DNA of 64,000 bases from Nitrososphaeraceae archaeon (GCA_044870765.1 JBIOZG010000024.1:14818-78817), one strand, 5' to 3'. Positions 25,968-36,674 are shown, numbered from the stretch's first letter. Notes: generated by a model not told the origin, from the letters alone. Translations and numbers: made by a program.

Positions 25968-26246
25968 ATGAAGATGCAGAAAGAGTTGAAGAAATTCTGT
26001 CCAAAGTGCAAGAAGCATACAACTCAGTCTGTGGCTATTTATAAGAAGGGCAAGGATAGAAAAACGGCGATAGGGGCAAGGAGACACGCAGAGGATAAGA
26101 AAGGATACGGTGGACAAAAATTTCCAGAACTCAAGAGAACTGCTAAGACGACAAAAAAGATTACTCTAAGATATACCTGTAAGAATTGTCATCGTAAAAC
26201 TATGAAAGAAGGGATGCGTATGCGTAAATTGGAGATTCAACCTTAA
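25968..26246 (+). CDS. rpl44e: 50S ribosomal protein L44e
   Basis: FCPKCKKHT, GYGGQ.FP and AKTTKK..L...C..C motifs. Confidence 0.97.
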   Translation: MKMQKELKKFCPKCKKHTTQSVAIYKKGKDRKTAIGARRHAEDKKGYGGQKFPELKRTAKTTKKITLRYTCKNCHRKTMKEGMRMRKLEIQP

Positions 26247-26260
26247 TAAGGTGATATGAA

Positions 26261-26458
26261 ATGAAAAAAGAAAATATTCTGATTCCAAAACCAAAAAGTA
26301 ACTTTTTGTCCGTACAATGTACCAGTTGCCAGGAAAAGCAAGTCATTTTTTCCCACTCAACCAATGACATTAATTGCAAATCATGTGGGAACCCAATATT
26401 GAAAAAGACTGGCGGAAGAGCGACAATCCTAGGAGAAATCATCGATACGCTTGATTGA
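26261..26458 (+). CDS. rps27e: 30S ribosomal protein S27e
   Basis: PKS.FL.V.C..C...Q..FSH.....C..CG..L...TGG.A motif. Confidence 0.96.
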   Translation: MKKENILIPKPKSNFLSVQCTSCQEKQVIFSHSTNDINCKSCGNPILKKTGGRATILGEIIDTLD

Positions 26459-27082
26459 ATTCTCAAGTAGGAAAAAATCTTCTTTTGTATTTATGTTAAA
26501 TGCGATTCTTTCGTCGTTAAGTCTTAAATAATATTCTTTAATTCTTTTCCGAGTGTTCATTGTGGACGTATCAAAAATTGTTACTCCGGAGTGAAAATAT
26601 TCTTTGTTTCCTTGTTTTACTTTAAAACTTGGGAGCAGGCCAAGATTTGCAGTGTATTTCTTGTCCATTACTATTGAAATACACTGTCTATCTCCTTTCC
26701 ATTTAGAGACTATTCTCTTAATCAGGTCAGGAGTTACCAATGGCATATCGGAAGGGAAGACTAAAACAATAGAAGGTTTTAATTTTTCCAACGCATACGT
26801 GAGATCCGTTGAATAATTCAAACCAGTTGTCTCCATGATCTCAAGTGTACCGCTGTGATAGTAATTGTGATTTTTCAAGAATTCCAAAGTAACTTTGCTA
26901 TTGCGACTTGCGGCAGCGTAGATTCGGTCAAACTGCTTAGAAGTTTTCAACGATATCAGAACGTGTTCAATTAATGGCCTATTATTAAACTTCAGCATAG
27001 ATTTATCTGAACAAAAATCTTTTATTCTCTCACCTTTACCACCGCACATGATCAAAGCGAACATGTCTTGTGTCATTTTCAA
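26429..27082 (-). CDS. cobY: Adenosylcobinamide-phosphate guanylyltransferase CobY
   Basis: ALIMCGGKGER, SDMPLV and NINT..D motifs. Last gene of the cob operon. Confidence 0.82.
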   Translation of the reverse strand: MKMTQDMFALIMCGGKGERIKDFCSDKSMLKFNNRPLIEHVLISLKTSKQFDRIYAAASRNSKVTLEFLKNHNYYHSGTLEIMETTGLNYSTDLTYALEKLKPSIVLVFPSDMPLVTPDLIKRIVSKWKGDRQCISIVMDKKYTANLGLLPSFKVKQGNKEYFHSGVTIFDTSTMNTRKRIKEYYLRLNDERIAFNINTKEDFFLLENSIKRIDDFS

Positions 27083-27846
27083 ATTGTTATTGTAGATAAT
27101 ATCATTAATGATGCTAAGCGGGAAATTTCATTGGAAGCACCAAAGACATCACCACTCACTCCCCCAAAATTCCTGTAAGCCACACAGTAAATGATGAAAC
27201 CGATAACTATTACGATTCCCAAAGTTAGTAGACCTGCAATACCTTGTAACAGGAAAACCAACACTATTGTGAGAATGATTGATGTGATTATTTTGGATAA
27301 TTTTTTCATTTCAATTGTGAATGGGGAGCTAAAACCAACCCATGCAGATTCACCCACAGACGCCTGCATTACCATGACATATTTTGCTATTACCTCCGAT
27401 ACAATAATAGCATAGAATAATCTGGTGGATGATTCAAAGTTTAATATGGCAATAAATAAACCTATGAAATTAATAATTAGAGCACTAGCGCCTGCAGATC
27501 CTACTACCGGATCAGACATTGCTCTTCGCTTAGAATCTCTATCTCCTTTTACCATAACTCCATCAGAAAAATCAGCTAATCCATCAATGTGATGAATGCC
27601 AGTAATCAGAACAAATGTTACCAATATAATGAAACTAGCAATATAATCTGGCAGGAATATTGACGCATAGAATCCTACTATTCCTATGATCAATCCAATC
27701 ACTGCGCCGCAAATCGGAAAAAAATACATATTCCTTGCTATGACTCGTAAATCAAAGCCATACCTTGAAGTGGGAATAATTGTCAAGAAAGAGAGAGTAG
27801 AAATCAATGGCTCAAAAACCATACAAGAAGTCCCACCATCCGACAT
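27079..27846 (-). CDS. cobS: Cobalamin synthase CobS
   Basis: SFLTIIP, TGIHHIDGLADFSDG, M.DP.VG and FGGVSGDVFGA..E motifs. The likely start is ATG 27822. Confidence 0.95.
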   Translation of the reverse strand: MSDGGTSCMVFEPLISTLSFLTIIPTSRYGFDLRVIARNMYFFPICGAVIGLIIGIVGFYASIFLPDYIASFIILVTFVLITGIHHIDGLADFSDGVMVKGDRDSKRRAMSDPVVGSAGASALIINFIGLFIAILNFESSTRLFYAIIVSEVIAKYVMVMQASVGESAWVGFSSPFTIEMKKLSKIITSIILTIVLVFLLQGIAGLLTLGIVIVIGFIIYCVAYRNFGGVSGDVFGASNEISRLASLMILSTITI

Positions 27847-28783
27847 AGCATAAAAATAGTACCATTGGCAATGATATTATAATAAAAAACAACAAAACTG
27901 ATAACTTTACCATTGTTAATGCATTTTTGCATTTTTCAATTGAAAGCGGCTCTATATTTATACCCAATTCATAATAACCAACTTTTTCTAATCTCACTTT
28001 TAGGGCCCCGGCCAATGCCGACATTGGATATCCACCATTAACACTGGGTGTATTTTTGTGATCCTTCCGCATTATCTTCATTGAGTTTTTCCAGTCACCT
28101 CCAACCATCTTGGACGAAATAATTAACAATAACGCACAAATTCGAGCTGGCAGATAATTTGAAATAGTATCAAGCTTCGCTGCCATCCAGCCCATATGTT
28201 TGTGATGACTATCGGTATAACCAATCATGGAATCAAGCGTATTTATAATCCTAAAAGCAATCGCCCCCGGAGGGCCGAACAACGAGTAATAAAATAATAC
28301 TGATCCTATTCCATCAACCATATTTTCACCTATCGATTCTATCATGGCAGATAATATATGTTCTCTATCAAGAGTATCAGTCTGCCTTCCTACAATCAGT
28401 GAAAGAGTCTTTCTTGCTCCATCCAAATTTTTTTCTTCAAGTTTACAAATGATCGCTTGAACATGTCTTTCCAAAGTCAATATCGCCATAGTAAACTTTA
28501 GTACCAATATCGAAAATATTATCAAAGCAAATATTCCAAATAATTTGTAAATGATACTTGAAAAATAATATGAAGCTAAAGAAATACCAATTGCCAGCGT
28601 TAATGAAAAAATTATCCCGTTTAGTTTTTCTCGTTTGGGGTTATTGTCTTTTAATTTGGGTGTAAAATAGCTTACCAGTTTCCCAAACCATGAAACAGGA
28701 TGAATCTTATTGGGAGGATCTACAAAAAGGAATGAGAGGCCAGTGCCAGCTGCAAGTGTTAATAAAATGAATTCAGAATCCAT
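27812..28783 (-). CDS. cbiB: Adenosylcobinamide-phosphate synthase CbiB
   Basis: DPP..IHPV.W.G, IVGR.T, IES..EN..DG, INTLDSMIGY and AGAL.V.L motifs. Confidence 0.95.
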   Translation of the reverse strand: MDSEFILLTLAAGTGLSFLFVDPPNKIHPVSWFGKLVSYFTPKLKDNNPKREKLNGIIFSLTLAIGISLASYYFSSIIYKLFGIFALIIFSILVLKFTMAILTLERHVQAIICKLEEKNLDGARKTLSLIVGRQTDTLDREHILSAMIESIGENMVDGIGSVLFYYSLFGPPGAIAFRIINTLDSMIGYTDSHHKHMGWMAAKLDTISNYLPARICALLLIISSKMVGGDWKNSMKIMRKDHKNTPSVNGGYPMSALAGALKVRLEKVGYYELGINIEPLSIEKCKNALTMVKLSVLLFFIIISLPMVLFLCYVGWWDFLYGF

Positions 28784-28786
28784 TAG

Positions 28787-29641
28787 TCATTTCATTTTTA
28801 AAACATTTAGGAGATATTGTATGTCGATGTTATTTTTAACGGTATACGCAACGAAGTCAATTTGTTCGTCAAGGTAACTCTTGGTATATGATGACTTTGA
28901 TCTCTTTTGATCCAATGAATCCTCATTTGGAATATCGAATTCTGTTTTTGTAATTACTCCCAAGACTTTTTTTCTGGTCATCTTTTCGACTGAAATGATG
29001 CCTTTAGTTAATATAGATTTTTGACCCAAAAACTTGTTAATTATCACTCCTCTTACATATTTCCTTTGTCTAGAGGGAAGTAACTTTATCGTTCCTACAA
29101 TTGAAGCGAAGCATCCTCCACGTTCAATATCTGCTACCAAAATTACGTTTGAATTAGTTTTCTCGGCAAGAACCATGTTTGCAATATCATATTGTGATAA
29201 ATTAATTTCAGCAGGTGATCCTGCACCCTCTATTACAATCAAATCATTGTCCTTCCGAAGACTTTCTAAATCTTGCAGAACTTTTGGAAATCCTTTTTGG
29301 AGAACGAATCTACTGTAGTATTCGTCTGCACTCAAACACAAATTTTTCAGTCCTCCCAAAATTATTTCGCTAACCTCATTACCAAGCGGTCTCAACAGTA
29401 TTGGATTCATTTTAATATCAGGTTCGATTCTAGCAGCTACTGCTTGAACAGCCTGTATTCTTGCCATTAATTTGATTGATTTTTTTTCTTTAAGCAGGTA
29501 GAAATTGGAAGTCATGTTTTGTGCCTTAAATGGGCAAACCTTGTAACCCATGTCGGAAAATATTCTGCAAAAGGCTATTACCAAAGTACTCTTTCCGGCA
29601 CCCGATGAAGTCCCTTGTATCATTAGGAGTTTTGCTGTCAT
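28787..29641 (-). CDS. cbiP: Cobyric acid synthase CbiP/CobQ, synthetase domain only
   Basis: MIQGTSSGAGKS, PFKAQNM, MNPILL.P, EGAGSPAEINL, DIERGG and EDS motifs. Ends at 284 aa. Confidence 0.92.
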   Translation of the reverse strand: MTAKLLMIQGTSSGAGKSTLVIAFCRIFSDMGYKVCPFKAQNMTSNFYLLKEKKSIKLMARIQAVQAVAARIEPDIKMNPILLRPLGNEVSEIILGGLKNLCLSADEYYSRFVLQKGFPKVLQDLESLRKDNDLIVIEGAGSPAEINLSQYDIANMVLAEKTNSNVILVADIERGGCFASIVGTIKLLPSRQRKYVRGVIINKFLGQKSILTKGIISVEKMTRKKVLGVITKTEFDIPNEDSLDQKRSKSSYTKSYLDEQIDFVAYTVKNNIDIQYLLNVLKMK

Positions 29642-30711
29642 TTGTCAATCGACTCCAACGAATCAAATAGTTCTAAATTTTCACTGTGTGTCTTTACGGC
29701 TACTCTAATGCACATGTTCTTATCTTTCAAGCCAGTGAAGTTACTGCAATCCCTAACGAGTATACCCTTTTTTTCGAGCAAAAAATCTCCAAGTTTCTTA
29801 GAGCTAACATGATGCGACTTTATCAAATAGAAATTTACATCGGACTTACTTGCGGAAAAGGAGCTCAGATTATTATTTATTCTAGAATACATGAATTCTC
29901 GTTCAGATTTTATGATTTTTTTCGCAGCCCTTAGATGAGAAAGATGATCTAGAGCAGTAACGCCTGCTAACTGCGCTAATCCGTTCACATTCCAGGTTAT
30001 CTTATTACGCGAAATTCTACTTGCAATGTTAGGATGCGAGACACAATATCCCAACCTCAAACCCGCAAGCCCAAATGATTTTGTCAATGAACGTAAGACA
30101 ACTATATTTTGAAATTCATTAACTTTTTCAATAAAACTCCTTGGGTGTTTACCCTCATCAACGAATTCAATAAAACTTTCATCAACGAGTATCATTTTGG
30201 ATTTGTCTATCTTTTCTACTAACTTTTCAATAATATCGTAGGAAAAAAGACCTGTTGGATTATTTGGATTGCAGAAAAAGATTGCGTCAGAGTTCTTTGA
30301 TTTTTGCAACACCCTTTCAATGTCTAGTTGCCGATTATTTATGGCGACGTGTTTTATTTTGGCCCCAATCTTCCTTGCTGCTACCTCATACTCGCAAAAT
30401 GTTGGTGATTGTATGACAACTTGATTGTGGACGAAAGTTCTGACAAAATTATAAATTAATTCAGTAGCTCCATTTCCAATGTTAATAGATTCCTGCGATA
30501 TTTGGTCATCAAGATAGTCGACTATTTTTTTTCTTAAGGCTGTATGTTCATTATCAGGATATATTGATGAAATTCTTGGAAGGTTTTTTCGCAACACATT
30601 CAAAACTTTTTTCGATATTCCTAATGGATTGATATTGGAACTGAAATCAATTCTTACTAAGCTTGGGTTTACAGTGTATATCCCGCCATGAGTGCATGAG
30701 TATTGAATCAT
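29638..30711 (-). CDS. cobD: L-threonine-O-3-phosphate decarboxylase (CobD, class I/II PLP enzyme)
   Basis: HGG, DFSSNINPLG, GNGATELI, CNPNNPTG and RSLTKSFGLAGLRLGY motifs. First gene of the cob operon. Confidence 0.9.
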   Translation of the reverse strand: MIQYSCTHGGIYTVNPSLVRIDFSSNINPLGISKKVLNVLRKNLPRISSIYPDNEHTALRKKIVDYLDDQISQESINIGNGATELIYNFVRTFVHNQVVIQSPTFCEYEVAARKIGAKIKHVAINNRQLDIERVLQKSKNSDAIFFCNPNNPTGLFSYDIIEKLVEKIDKSKMILVDESFIEFVDEGKHPRSFIEKVNEFQNIVVLRSLTKSFGLAGLRLGYCVSHPNIASRISRNKITWNVNGLAQLAGVTALDHLSHLRAAKKIIKSEREFMYSRINNNLSSFSASKSDVNFYLIKSHHVSSKKLGDFLLEKKGILVRDCSNFTGLKDKNMCIRVAVKTHSENLELFDSLESIDK

Positions 30712-30805
30712 TTAAAATCCATATGCGGAGCTATATAACAGGACTGGATAATATTATGTTTATTCTGAAAACGAATATTAGTTGCGTTTTGATTAACGGC
30801 ACATT

Positions 30806-31882
30806 ATGTTAAAAGTTGCAGTAATAGGAGCTACAGGAGCTGTAGGTCAAGAATTTGTAATTGCTCTCAATAAACATCCATGGTTCGAACTAGTTCAAAT
30901 TGCATCCTCAGAGAGATCTGCTGGGAAGAAATACATCGATGCGCTCAGGGATCCAAATACTTCGCTCCTCAAATGGCATAGCAAGGAAAAAATTCCTGAC
31001 ACTGTTCGAGAAATGGTTCTTAATCGAGTTGATGAAATAAATCCAAAAAATCTAGATTTGATTTTTACCGCACTAGAGTCAGAAGATGCTCAGATTATCG
31101 AACCAAAGATGGCTTCTGCAGTCCCTGTAATAAGTACGGCTGCTGCATTCAGATATGAAGATGATGTCCCCATACTCATACCAGGAATTAACGACGATCA
31201 CTGTGATTTGTTGAATATTCAAAAGAAGAATAGAAAATGGGATGGCTTTATTGCCCCATTACCTAACTGTACTACAACTGGTATGGCTATAACCCTCAAA
31301 CCGTTATTGGACGAAATGGGCTTGCAAAGTGTATTTATGACATCAATGCAGGCACTGTCTGGAGCAGGCAGATCTCCGGGCGTGATAGCGTTGGATATAA
31401 TGGACAATGTAATTCCTTACATTCCAAAGGAAGAGGAAAAAGTTCAAGTCGAAACAAAAAAGATCCTGGGAAAGTTTGATGGCAATTCGATAATCAATGC
31501 ACCTATAAAGGTAAGTTGTACGTGCACACGTGTGCCTGTAATGGATGGACACACTGAAACCGTTTTTGCTCAACTTGAAAAAACTGCATTACCTGACAAG
31601 GTAAAAGAAACTATGATTAATTTTTCCAAATCAGTGTCAATAAGGAATCTGCCTTCCGCGCCAGAAGAGTACATCATTGTCCATGATGACCCTACTAGAC
31701 CACAACCGAGAATTGACAGAGAAATTAACGATGGAATGACAACAGTTGTTGGAAGATTACGAAAGGATACTGTGTTTGAGAATGGTATAAAGTATGTTCT
31801 CCTGACACACAATGAAAAAATGGGCTCTGCAAAGGGCGCTGTACTTCTAGCTGAGATGTTTAAATCGAAAAAAATTATTTGA
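30806..31882 (+). CDS. asd: Aspartate-semialdehyde dehydrogenase
   Basis: GATGAVG, PNCTT, QALSGAG, EEEKV..ET.KILG and CTRVPV.DGH motifs. Confidence 0.93.
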   Translation: MLKVAVIGATGAVGQEFVIALNKHPWFELVQIASSERSAGKKYIDALRDPNTSLLKWHSKEKIPDTVREMVLNRVDEINPKNLDLIFTALESEDAQIIEPKMASAVPVISTAAAFRYEDDVPILIPGINDDHCDLLNIQKKNRKWDGFIAPLPNCTTTGMAITLKPLLDEMGLQSVFMTSMQALSGAGRSPGVIALDIMDNVIPYIPKEEEKVQVETKKILGKFDGNSIINAPIKVSCTCTRVPVMDGHTETVFAQLEKTALPDKVKETMINFSKSVSIRNLPSAPEEYIIVHDDPTRPQPRIDREINDGMTTVVGRLRKDTVFENGIKYVLLTHNEKMGSAKGAVLLAEMFKSKKII

Positions 31883-31960
31883 ATATAACATTATTGACAA
31901 AAAAATTGTATAAAATTGAAATTAATACATTTATTAACCTCAAAATTTACGATATAATTA

Positions 31961-32443
31961 GTGGTTTCTATGTATAAAATAGACGATTTAGATCTCAAAA
32001 TTTTGGAGGAGCTATCAAATGACGCCTCTATTTCGGTTCCTAGGCTTTCGAGAAAAATCAACATCAACGCGTCGGTAGTCTACAGCAGAATAAAGAGATT
32101 AGTAAAGAGAGGAATAATTCGAAAATTCACTATATTGATGAATGATGAGGCATTAGGATTTAACGTAAAGGCACTTACAGGCATAAACATGGATTCGAAA
32201 TTAAGAGATAATGTATTGAATGAATTATTCCGGATTCCAGGCGTAACTGAAGTTTCCGAGGTTACAGGCAGATTCGATATACTAGTAACAATGAATTCTC
32301 ACTCTCTGGATGAAATGCACCAGTTGATATCAGAACGAGTTGGGCGCATTGAAGGAGTCCAAAAAACAGAAACATTCATTGAAATGAGAAAAACGACTAG
32401 GGAAATACCTATTCCACCAAAAGAAGAAGAGGAAGACGAATAG
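31961..32443 (+). CDS. Lrp/AsnC family transcriptional regulator
   Basis: D.LD.KIL..L..DA, V..RIKRL...G.I and VTGRFD motifs. Confidence 0.93.
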   Translation: MVSMYKIDDLDLKILEELSNDASISVPRLSRKININASVVYSRIKRLVKRGIIRKFTILMNDEALGFNVKALTGINMDSKLRDNVLNELFRIPGVTEVSEVTGRFDILVTMNSHSLDEMHQLISERVGRIEGVQKTETFIEMRKTTREIPIPPKEEEEDE

Positions 32444-32618
32444 GAATTAGTTCAAATAATTAGTCAAATCCTAACTGCAAATATATTTACCAATTATAGA
32501 TACAATTATGCGTCTTGATTCTAATAAGTGCAGTTTCGAATATATAGACGTTGTTCTAAACGTTGGAAACTAAATCCTTTAATTGGAACAAACGTCTGTT
32601 ACAGCGTAATAAAAACCA

Positions 32619-33008
32619 TCAGGTATTTGGTTTAGTACCCATGTTTCCAGTTGGTCCTTGTCCCATACGAATCATCTCGTTTATTTTGTTTTCAACTTCC
32701 TTTAGATTCTCTTTTACTCTTGTTTCTTGTTTACCGAGGACCACAAGCCTAGTGTTGGCAAGATCTTTCTTTTCATCTAGCTCCTTTAGTGTTTCATCTT
32801 TTTTGGTTTTAATTAATAGTGGACCAACGCTTTTGTAAACTGCTTCATCCTCCTCTGATTTCTTGAGTTCCTCCGTAGCTTTCTCTATCTCTATAGATTC
32901 TGCTTCCAGTTGTTGTTTCTGCATCATTATTGCTTGCAAATTTTGTTGTAGTTGTTGCAACCTGGTAAGTTGTTCTCTTAACCATGGGGGTAATTCCTGT
33001 TCACTCAT
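32619..33008 (-). CDS. pfdB: Prefoldin beta subunit
   Basis: ELPP, Gln-rich coiled coil and VYKSVG.LLIK motif. Confidence 0.95.
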   Translation of the reverse strand: MSEQELPPWLREQLTRLQQLQQNLQAIMMQKQQLEAESIEIEKATEELKKSEEDEAVYKSVGPLLIKTKKDETLKELDEKKDLANTRLVVLGKQETRVKENLKEVENKINEMIRMGQGPTGNMGTKPNT

Positions 33009-33050
33009 TTCTGATTACTTTTAGCTTTACCACCATAAATCTATAACGTT

Positions 33051-33314
33051 TCATAAATTTAGAGACAAATACGATAGATTCAACAATCTAATAAACGTGT
33101 TAACAATGGCTCGCAATGATTGTATATCTGATGCACTGATATCGACAAAAATTGCACCATTCCTTGCATAAACTCTTATCTCTTCACTGCTGGTTAAAAA
33201 TCTGGTTTCAGGTTGCAGTGCAGAAGTTATAGCATTTCCGATTCTAAAAGATAATTCGGGCGAAACGTTATCTATTGTGACCTGTATTCTAATATTTGCT
33301 CTTGGCCCTTTCAA
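33051..33314 (-). CDS. pcc1: KEOPS complex subunit Pcc1
   Basis: AL.PE and I.A.D...LRA.VN...RL motifs. Conserved position between rpl37ae and pfdB. Confidence 0.8.
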   Translation of the reverse strand: MKGPRANIRIQVTIDNVSPELSFRIGNAITSALQPETRFLTSSEEIRVYARNGAIFVDISASDIQSLRAIVNTFIRLLNLSYLSLNL

Positions 33315-33540
33315 AGTTTACATCATATGTGCCGGCAGCTACTTTATAGTTGCATTTTGTACAGTACCAAATTCCCATTACTATCCTATCAAATTTTACT
33401 GATCCGCATTTAGGGCATAGTCTCTTTTTCTTCAAGACCCTGTAAATCTTTCCATATCTCTTCCTAAGCGTGGCACCATATTTTACACCCAAACCTTTAA
33501 GTCGGGCTATTTTGTGTTTATTTCTACTAACCAAGATCAA
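33289..33540 (-). CDS. rpl37ae: 50S ribosomal protein L37Ae
   Basis: G.KYGATLRKR, CPKCG and GIWYC.KC...AAG.Y motifs. Confidence 0.93.
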   Translation of the reverse strand: MILVSRNKHKIARLKGLGVKYGATLRKRYGKIYRVLKKKRLCPKCGSVKFDRIVMGIWYCTKCNYKVAAGTYDVNFERAKSKY

Positions 33541-34351
33541 TCAATCCCTTTAATTTCTCTCTAACTTCTGCGCCCTTGATTCTTGCTCTTTCTGCAATAC
33601 TCTTCACCTCATCTACCGAAAAGTATCCTTTTAATCCTTTTTGCATTGCAACTATTGAACCATTTGAGTTTGTGTTAATCGTTAGTCTTGCATCCATACA
33701 CGCTTCTTCCTCAGTATCTGGATCCAATAGCAAATTTTCACCAATTTTAACTGTCGTGACAGAAACGGGTATAGTAGTAATTGGGGGGTCCTGAGTTTTT
33801 CCTGTATCGATGACTTTGTCATCTTTAATTTCAAACACAGGTAATTTACAACTGGTTAAAGCAGCTACTACGGCATAAGACGTTGCATCAAAAAGGTTAC
33901 CATCTACGTTGATAATGCTGCAGTCCACGAAAATGGTGTAAACAACTTTTCCTGGAATCAAGACCAACTTACTCAAGTCTAACATTTCGGATTCTCTAAC
34001 TCCTCTATCAACTACCCTAGCAAGCTCAATAGTCTCTTCGTCAGGTGGACCTGGTTCAATGTGAGGAGATGCTATTGGGAGCACTTCGGCAGTAATTATC
34101 ATAGCACCACTATTTTCTAGTCCCTCGAAAGGTTCACCAGTCTCTACTTTTATACCTGCTACAACTTCTGTTTTGCCTAATTTTACCCATGCTGATCCGC
34201 TGGCCTTTTTAATGACATCTAATTCAACCTCTAGTGGCCTTATTTCATCTAAGCTACGCCCATCCAACCGCTTGCCAGATGAAATAGATTCTCTCATCTG
34301 TCTTTTCCGTAGATTTTCTACAATTATGGTAGATTTTCTTGATATACTCAT
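33527..34351 (-). CDS. rrp42: Exosome complex subunit Rrp42
   Basis: G.RLDGR...E.R, GSA.V.LG.T, ELARVVDRG.RES and DGNLFDA motifs. Confidence 0.96.
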   Translation of the reverse strand: MSISRKSTIIVENLRKRQMRESISSGKRLDGRSLDEIRPLEVELDVIKKASGSAWVKLGKTEVVAGIKVETGEPFEGLENSGAMIITAEVLPIASPHIEPGPPDEETIELARVVDRGVRESEMLDLSKLVLIPGKVVYTIFVDCSIINVDGNLFDATSYAVVAALTSCKLPVFEIKDDKVIDTGKTQDPPITTIPVSVTTVKIGENLLLDPDTEEEACMDARLTINTNSNGSIVAMQKGLKGYFSVDEVKSIAERARIKGAEVREKLKGLIDLG

Positions 34352-35085
34352 TATTCTTTCAACCCCTTTTCATCGCCAAAGTACTTTTCCATTAAAGAGG
34401 AACGTTGTATTTCATATACTTTCATACATCCGCGAATTCCTTCATCCAAACAAGTATTAAATTGTTCAGGAGTCAATTCTCCATCGAGTTGAAGAAGTGT
34501 GATTTTCTTTAAATTTGGCATAAATGCTACCGGCATATCAGCTCCTCCCTCTTTATCTTCTGTGTCATTAATATCAATCACTATCTTGTCATCCACCTTT
34601 CCTGCGGCGCAAGCTGAAACCATATCACGCATATTTATTCCTGCATCTGCCAATGCTACAGAAGCGGCCGTAATGCCGGCACATCGTGAACCACCGTCTG
34701 CTTGCAAAACTTCAATAAAGACATCAATAGCAGCTCGAGGATAATCTTCAAGAATTAAGGCCGGTTCCAACGCCTCTCGAATAACCTTTGAAATTTCAGT
34801 TTCTCTTCTAGACGGTGCCGGACTTTTGCGAGTGTCTGTCGAAAACGGAGACATATGATATCTACATCTTACAACGCATCGATCAGACAATGCCATGTGC
34901 TTTGGGTGAACTTCCCTAGGACCGTAGACGGCTGCAATAATCTTGTTTTTCCCGAATTCTATAAGCGCAGAACCATCGGCATTCCTTATGATTCCAACGT
35001 TTATCTTTATCTGCCTTAATTCATCAATTATTCTTCCATCGCTTCTCTTTCCGTTTTTGTCTATAAGGGTTCTACTTTGAACCAT
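34351..35085 (-). CDS. rrp41: Exosome complex exonuclease Rrp41
   Basis: R.DGR..DELR, ADGSA, YGPRE.HP, RRETEIS and LQADGGSR motifs. Confidence 0.97.
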   Translation of the reverse strand: MVQSRTLIDKNGKRSDGRIIDELRQIKINVGIIRNADGSALIEFGKNKIIAAVYGPREVHPKHMALSDRCVVRCRYHMSPFSTDTRKSPAPSRRETEISKVIREALEPALILEDYPRAAIDVFIEVLQADGGSRCAGITAASVALADAGINMRDMVSACAAGKVDDKIVIDINDTEDKEGGADMPVAFMPNLKKITLLQLDGELTPEQFNTCLDEGIRGCMKVYEIQRSSLMEKYFGDEKGLKE

Positions 35086-35893
35086 TTGGATTCACCACTC
35101 CCATTTCACTATTAATATTATTCGAAATAGATTTTTCATCTGAACCTGTTGTTTCATTAGCTTCGTTGCTAGTCTGAGAATCATCATCCCCTGCAATCTC
35201 TGATTCTGGTACATTCAATAGTTGCTTTATTCTCTGCGTTAGGTTTGATGTATGTGCTTCCACTTCTACAATGTGAATTGCATTTATCGCAAGTGTAACA
35301 CCTTCCTTATCCTTCCCAGATACCACAATTATTCCATTTTGACCTATTGTTATCCTTGTAGAACTTGCCTGTTCGATAGTTTGAATCATTGATCCTCTTT
35401 TTCCTATAAGTCTAGGCACACGAGTTGGTGATATTTTTAACAATTCACCTGTTGGTATTTTCCCCAAGTCTTTATCTTGAATCGTTAGAATCGGATCTCG
35501 CGTCCTGTCAAAAATCGCAATTCTAGCAACAATTACATCACCTGTTGATAACTGAAGTCCCATGTCATCATGTGCAGGAGAAAAATCTCTCCCGAATATA
35601 TCTTGTGCAGGCAAATGGGCAGCAAAACTTGAGTTAATATCGACAGACCAAGAGAGCGAAGAATGATCTAGTATTTTACCTATTACGATATCATTTGCCC
35701 TCGGAAAATAAATGCCCGACAACGGGATTACCTTGGCGCCCTCATTATTTGATTCGGTAATCCCAATTCGCGTTGCTACAATTGAATTTCCATTCCTAAA
35801 TACATTAACCAGTGCTCGTAAATTTCCTTCGGCTACAATATCGCCCGGAATAACGTATTTTCTTTTAACATCCTGCATAGAGTAATCCTCCAA
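35072..35893 (-). CDS. rrp4: Exosome RNA-binding subunit Rrp4
   Basis: VIPGD, an S1 domain and a KH domain ([16 protein letters not shown]). Acidic tail. Confidence 0.95.
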   Translation of the reverse strand: MEDYSMQDVKRKYVIPGDIVAEGNLRALVNVFRNGNSIVATRIGITESNNEGAKVIPLSGIYFPRANDIVIGKILDHSSLSWSVDINSSFAAHLPAQDIFGRDFSPAHDDMGLQLSTGDVIVARIAIFDRTRDPILTIQDKDLGKIPTGELLKISPTRVPRLIGKRGSMIQTIEQASSTRITIGQNGIIVVSGKDKEGVTLAINAIHIVEVEAHTSNLTQRIKQLLNVPESEIAGDDDSQTSNEANETTGSDEKSISNNINSEMGVVNPNGSK

Positions 35894-35987
35894 AACAAGA
35901 ATTCAAAAATCCCTTATCCATAATTCTCCCTTTTTGGGAAGATAGCACAGACTTATATTTTAAGTGTGACGAAAGAAAATAGAGTTG

Positions 35988-36674
35988 TCATTTCTCTATG
36001 ACCTGGGCTGAACCCTTGGTTGCGGTTCCAATTCGGTCGAGAAATGAGCTCTTCATGCCAGCGTTGATACTTAAAATAACCTGTAATGAACCATCAGAAA
36101 GCCATTGTTCTGATTTTATTTCGCCAATGGTTTTGAATACACTAAAGGATTGTCCCGAAAATTGAGCAGGTACGGTTACAGTTAGTTCTAATATCTCAGA
36201 TTTTAGGGGTATTATTTTTCTTAAAGATTCAATGATATTCTTGAGTTGATCGTCTAATCTTTTGAACGGATCAATTGCTACTCGCGCCTCATCAAGCACG
36301 GCGTTAATCCTAGAGATCGGATGCGGCATGTGGCTTTTGGGGTCTACAAAATTCTTGTTGATATATTCAACAATCTGTCTCTTCTTCTCTTCAATCATCT
36401 TTCTTCGTTGATCAGTATTCAAATTTAGATCCCCTTTGTCCATGATTTGCTTTGCGATTTCTAATTGATCTGTTGTCTTGAAATGCTTCATTAACTTCTC
36501 AGAGGAGCATCTAGTCCCTTTATTAGCATCTAAGTATATCTCATCTGAAATCATAATATTTGAAATATCCATTTTTTTACCTAGTTTATACTCTAATGCA
36601 GAGTCGGGCTTAACCAAGATTTCAAATTTATCATTTCCCGTACTATATCTGACGATTGTAAATTTATCGGTCAT
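35988..36674 (-). CDS. Ribosome maturation factor SBDS/Sdo1
   Basis: KFEILV.P, IY.DA.KG and DP....PHP..RI motifs. Leads the exosome operon. Confidence 0.95.
   Translation of the reverse strand: MTDKFTIVRYSTGNDKFEILVKPDSALEYKLGKKMDISNIMISDEIYLDANKGTRCSSEKLMKHFKTTDQLEIAKQIMDKGDLNLNTDQRRKMIEEKKRQIVEYINKNFVDPKSHMPHPISRINAVLDEARVAIDPFKRLDDQLKNIIESLRKIIPLKSEILELTVTVPAQFSGQSFSVFKTIGEIKSEQWLSDGSLQVILSINAGMKSSFLDRIGTATKGSAQVIEK

Noticed and set aside
32619-36674. Exosome superoperon as a novel system
   Set aside because: SBDS-rrp4-rrp41-rrp42-rpl37ae-pcc1-pfdB is a well-known conserved archaeal gene cluster.
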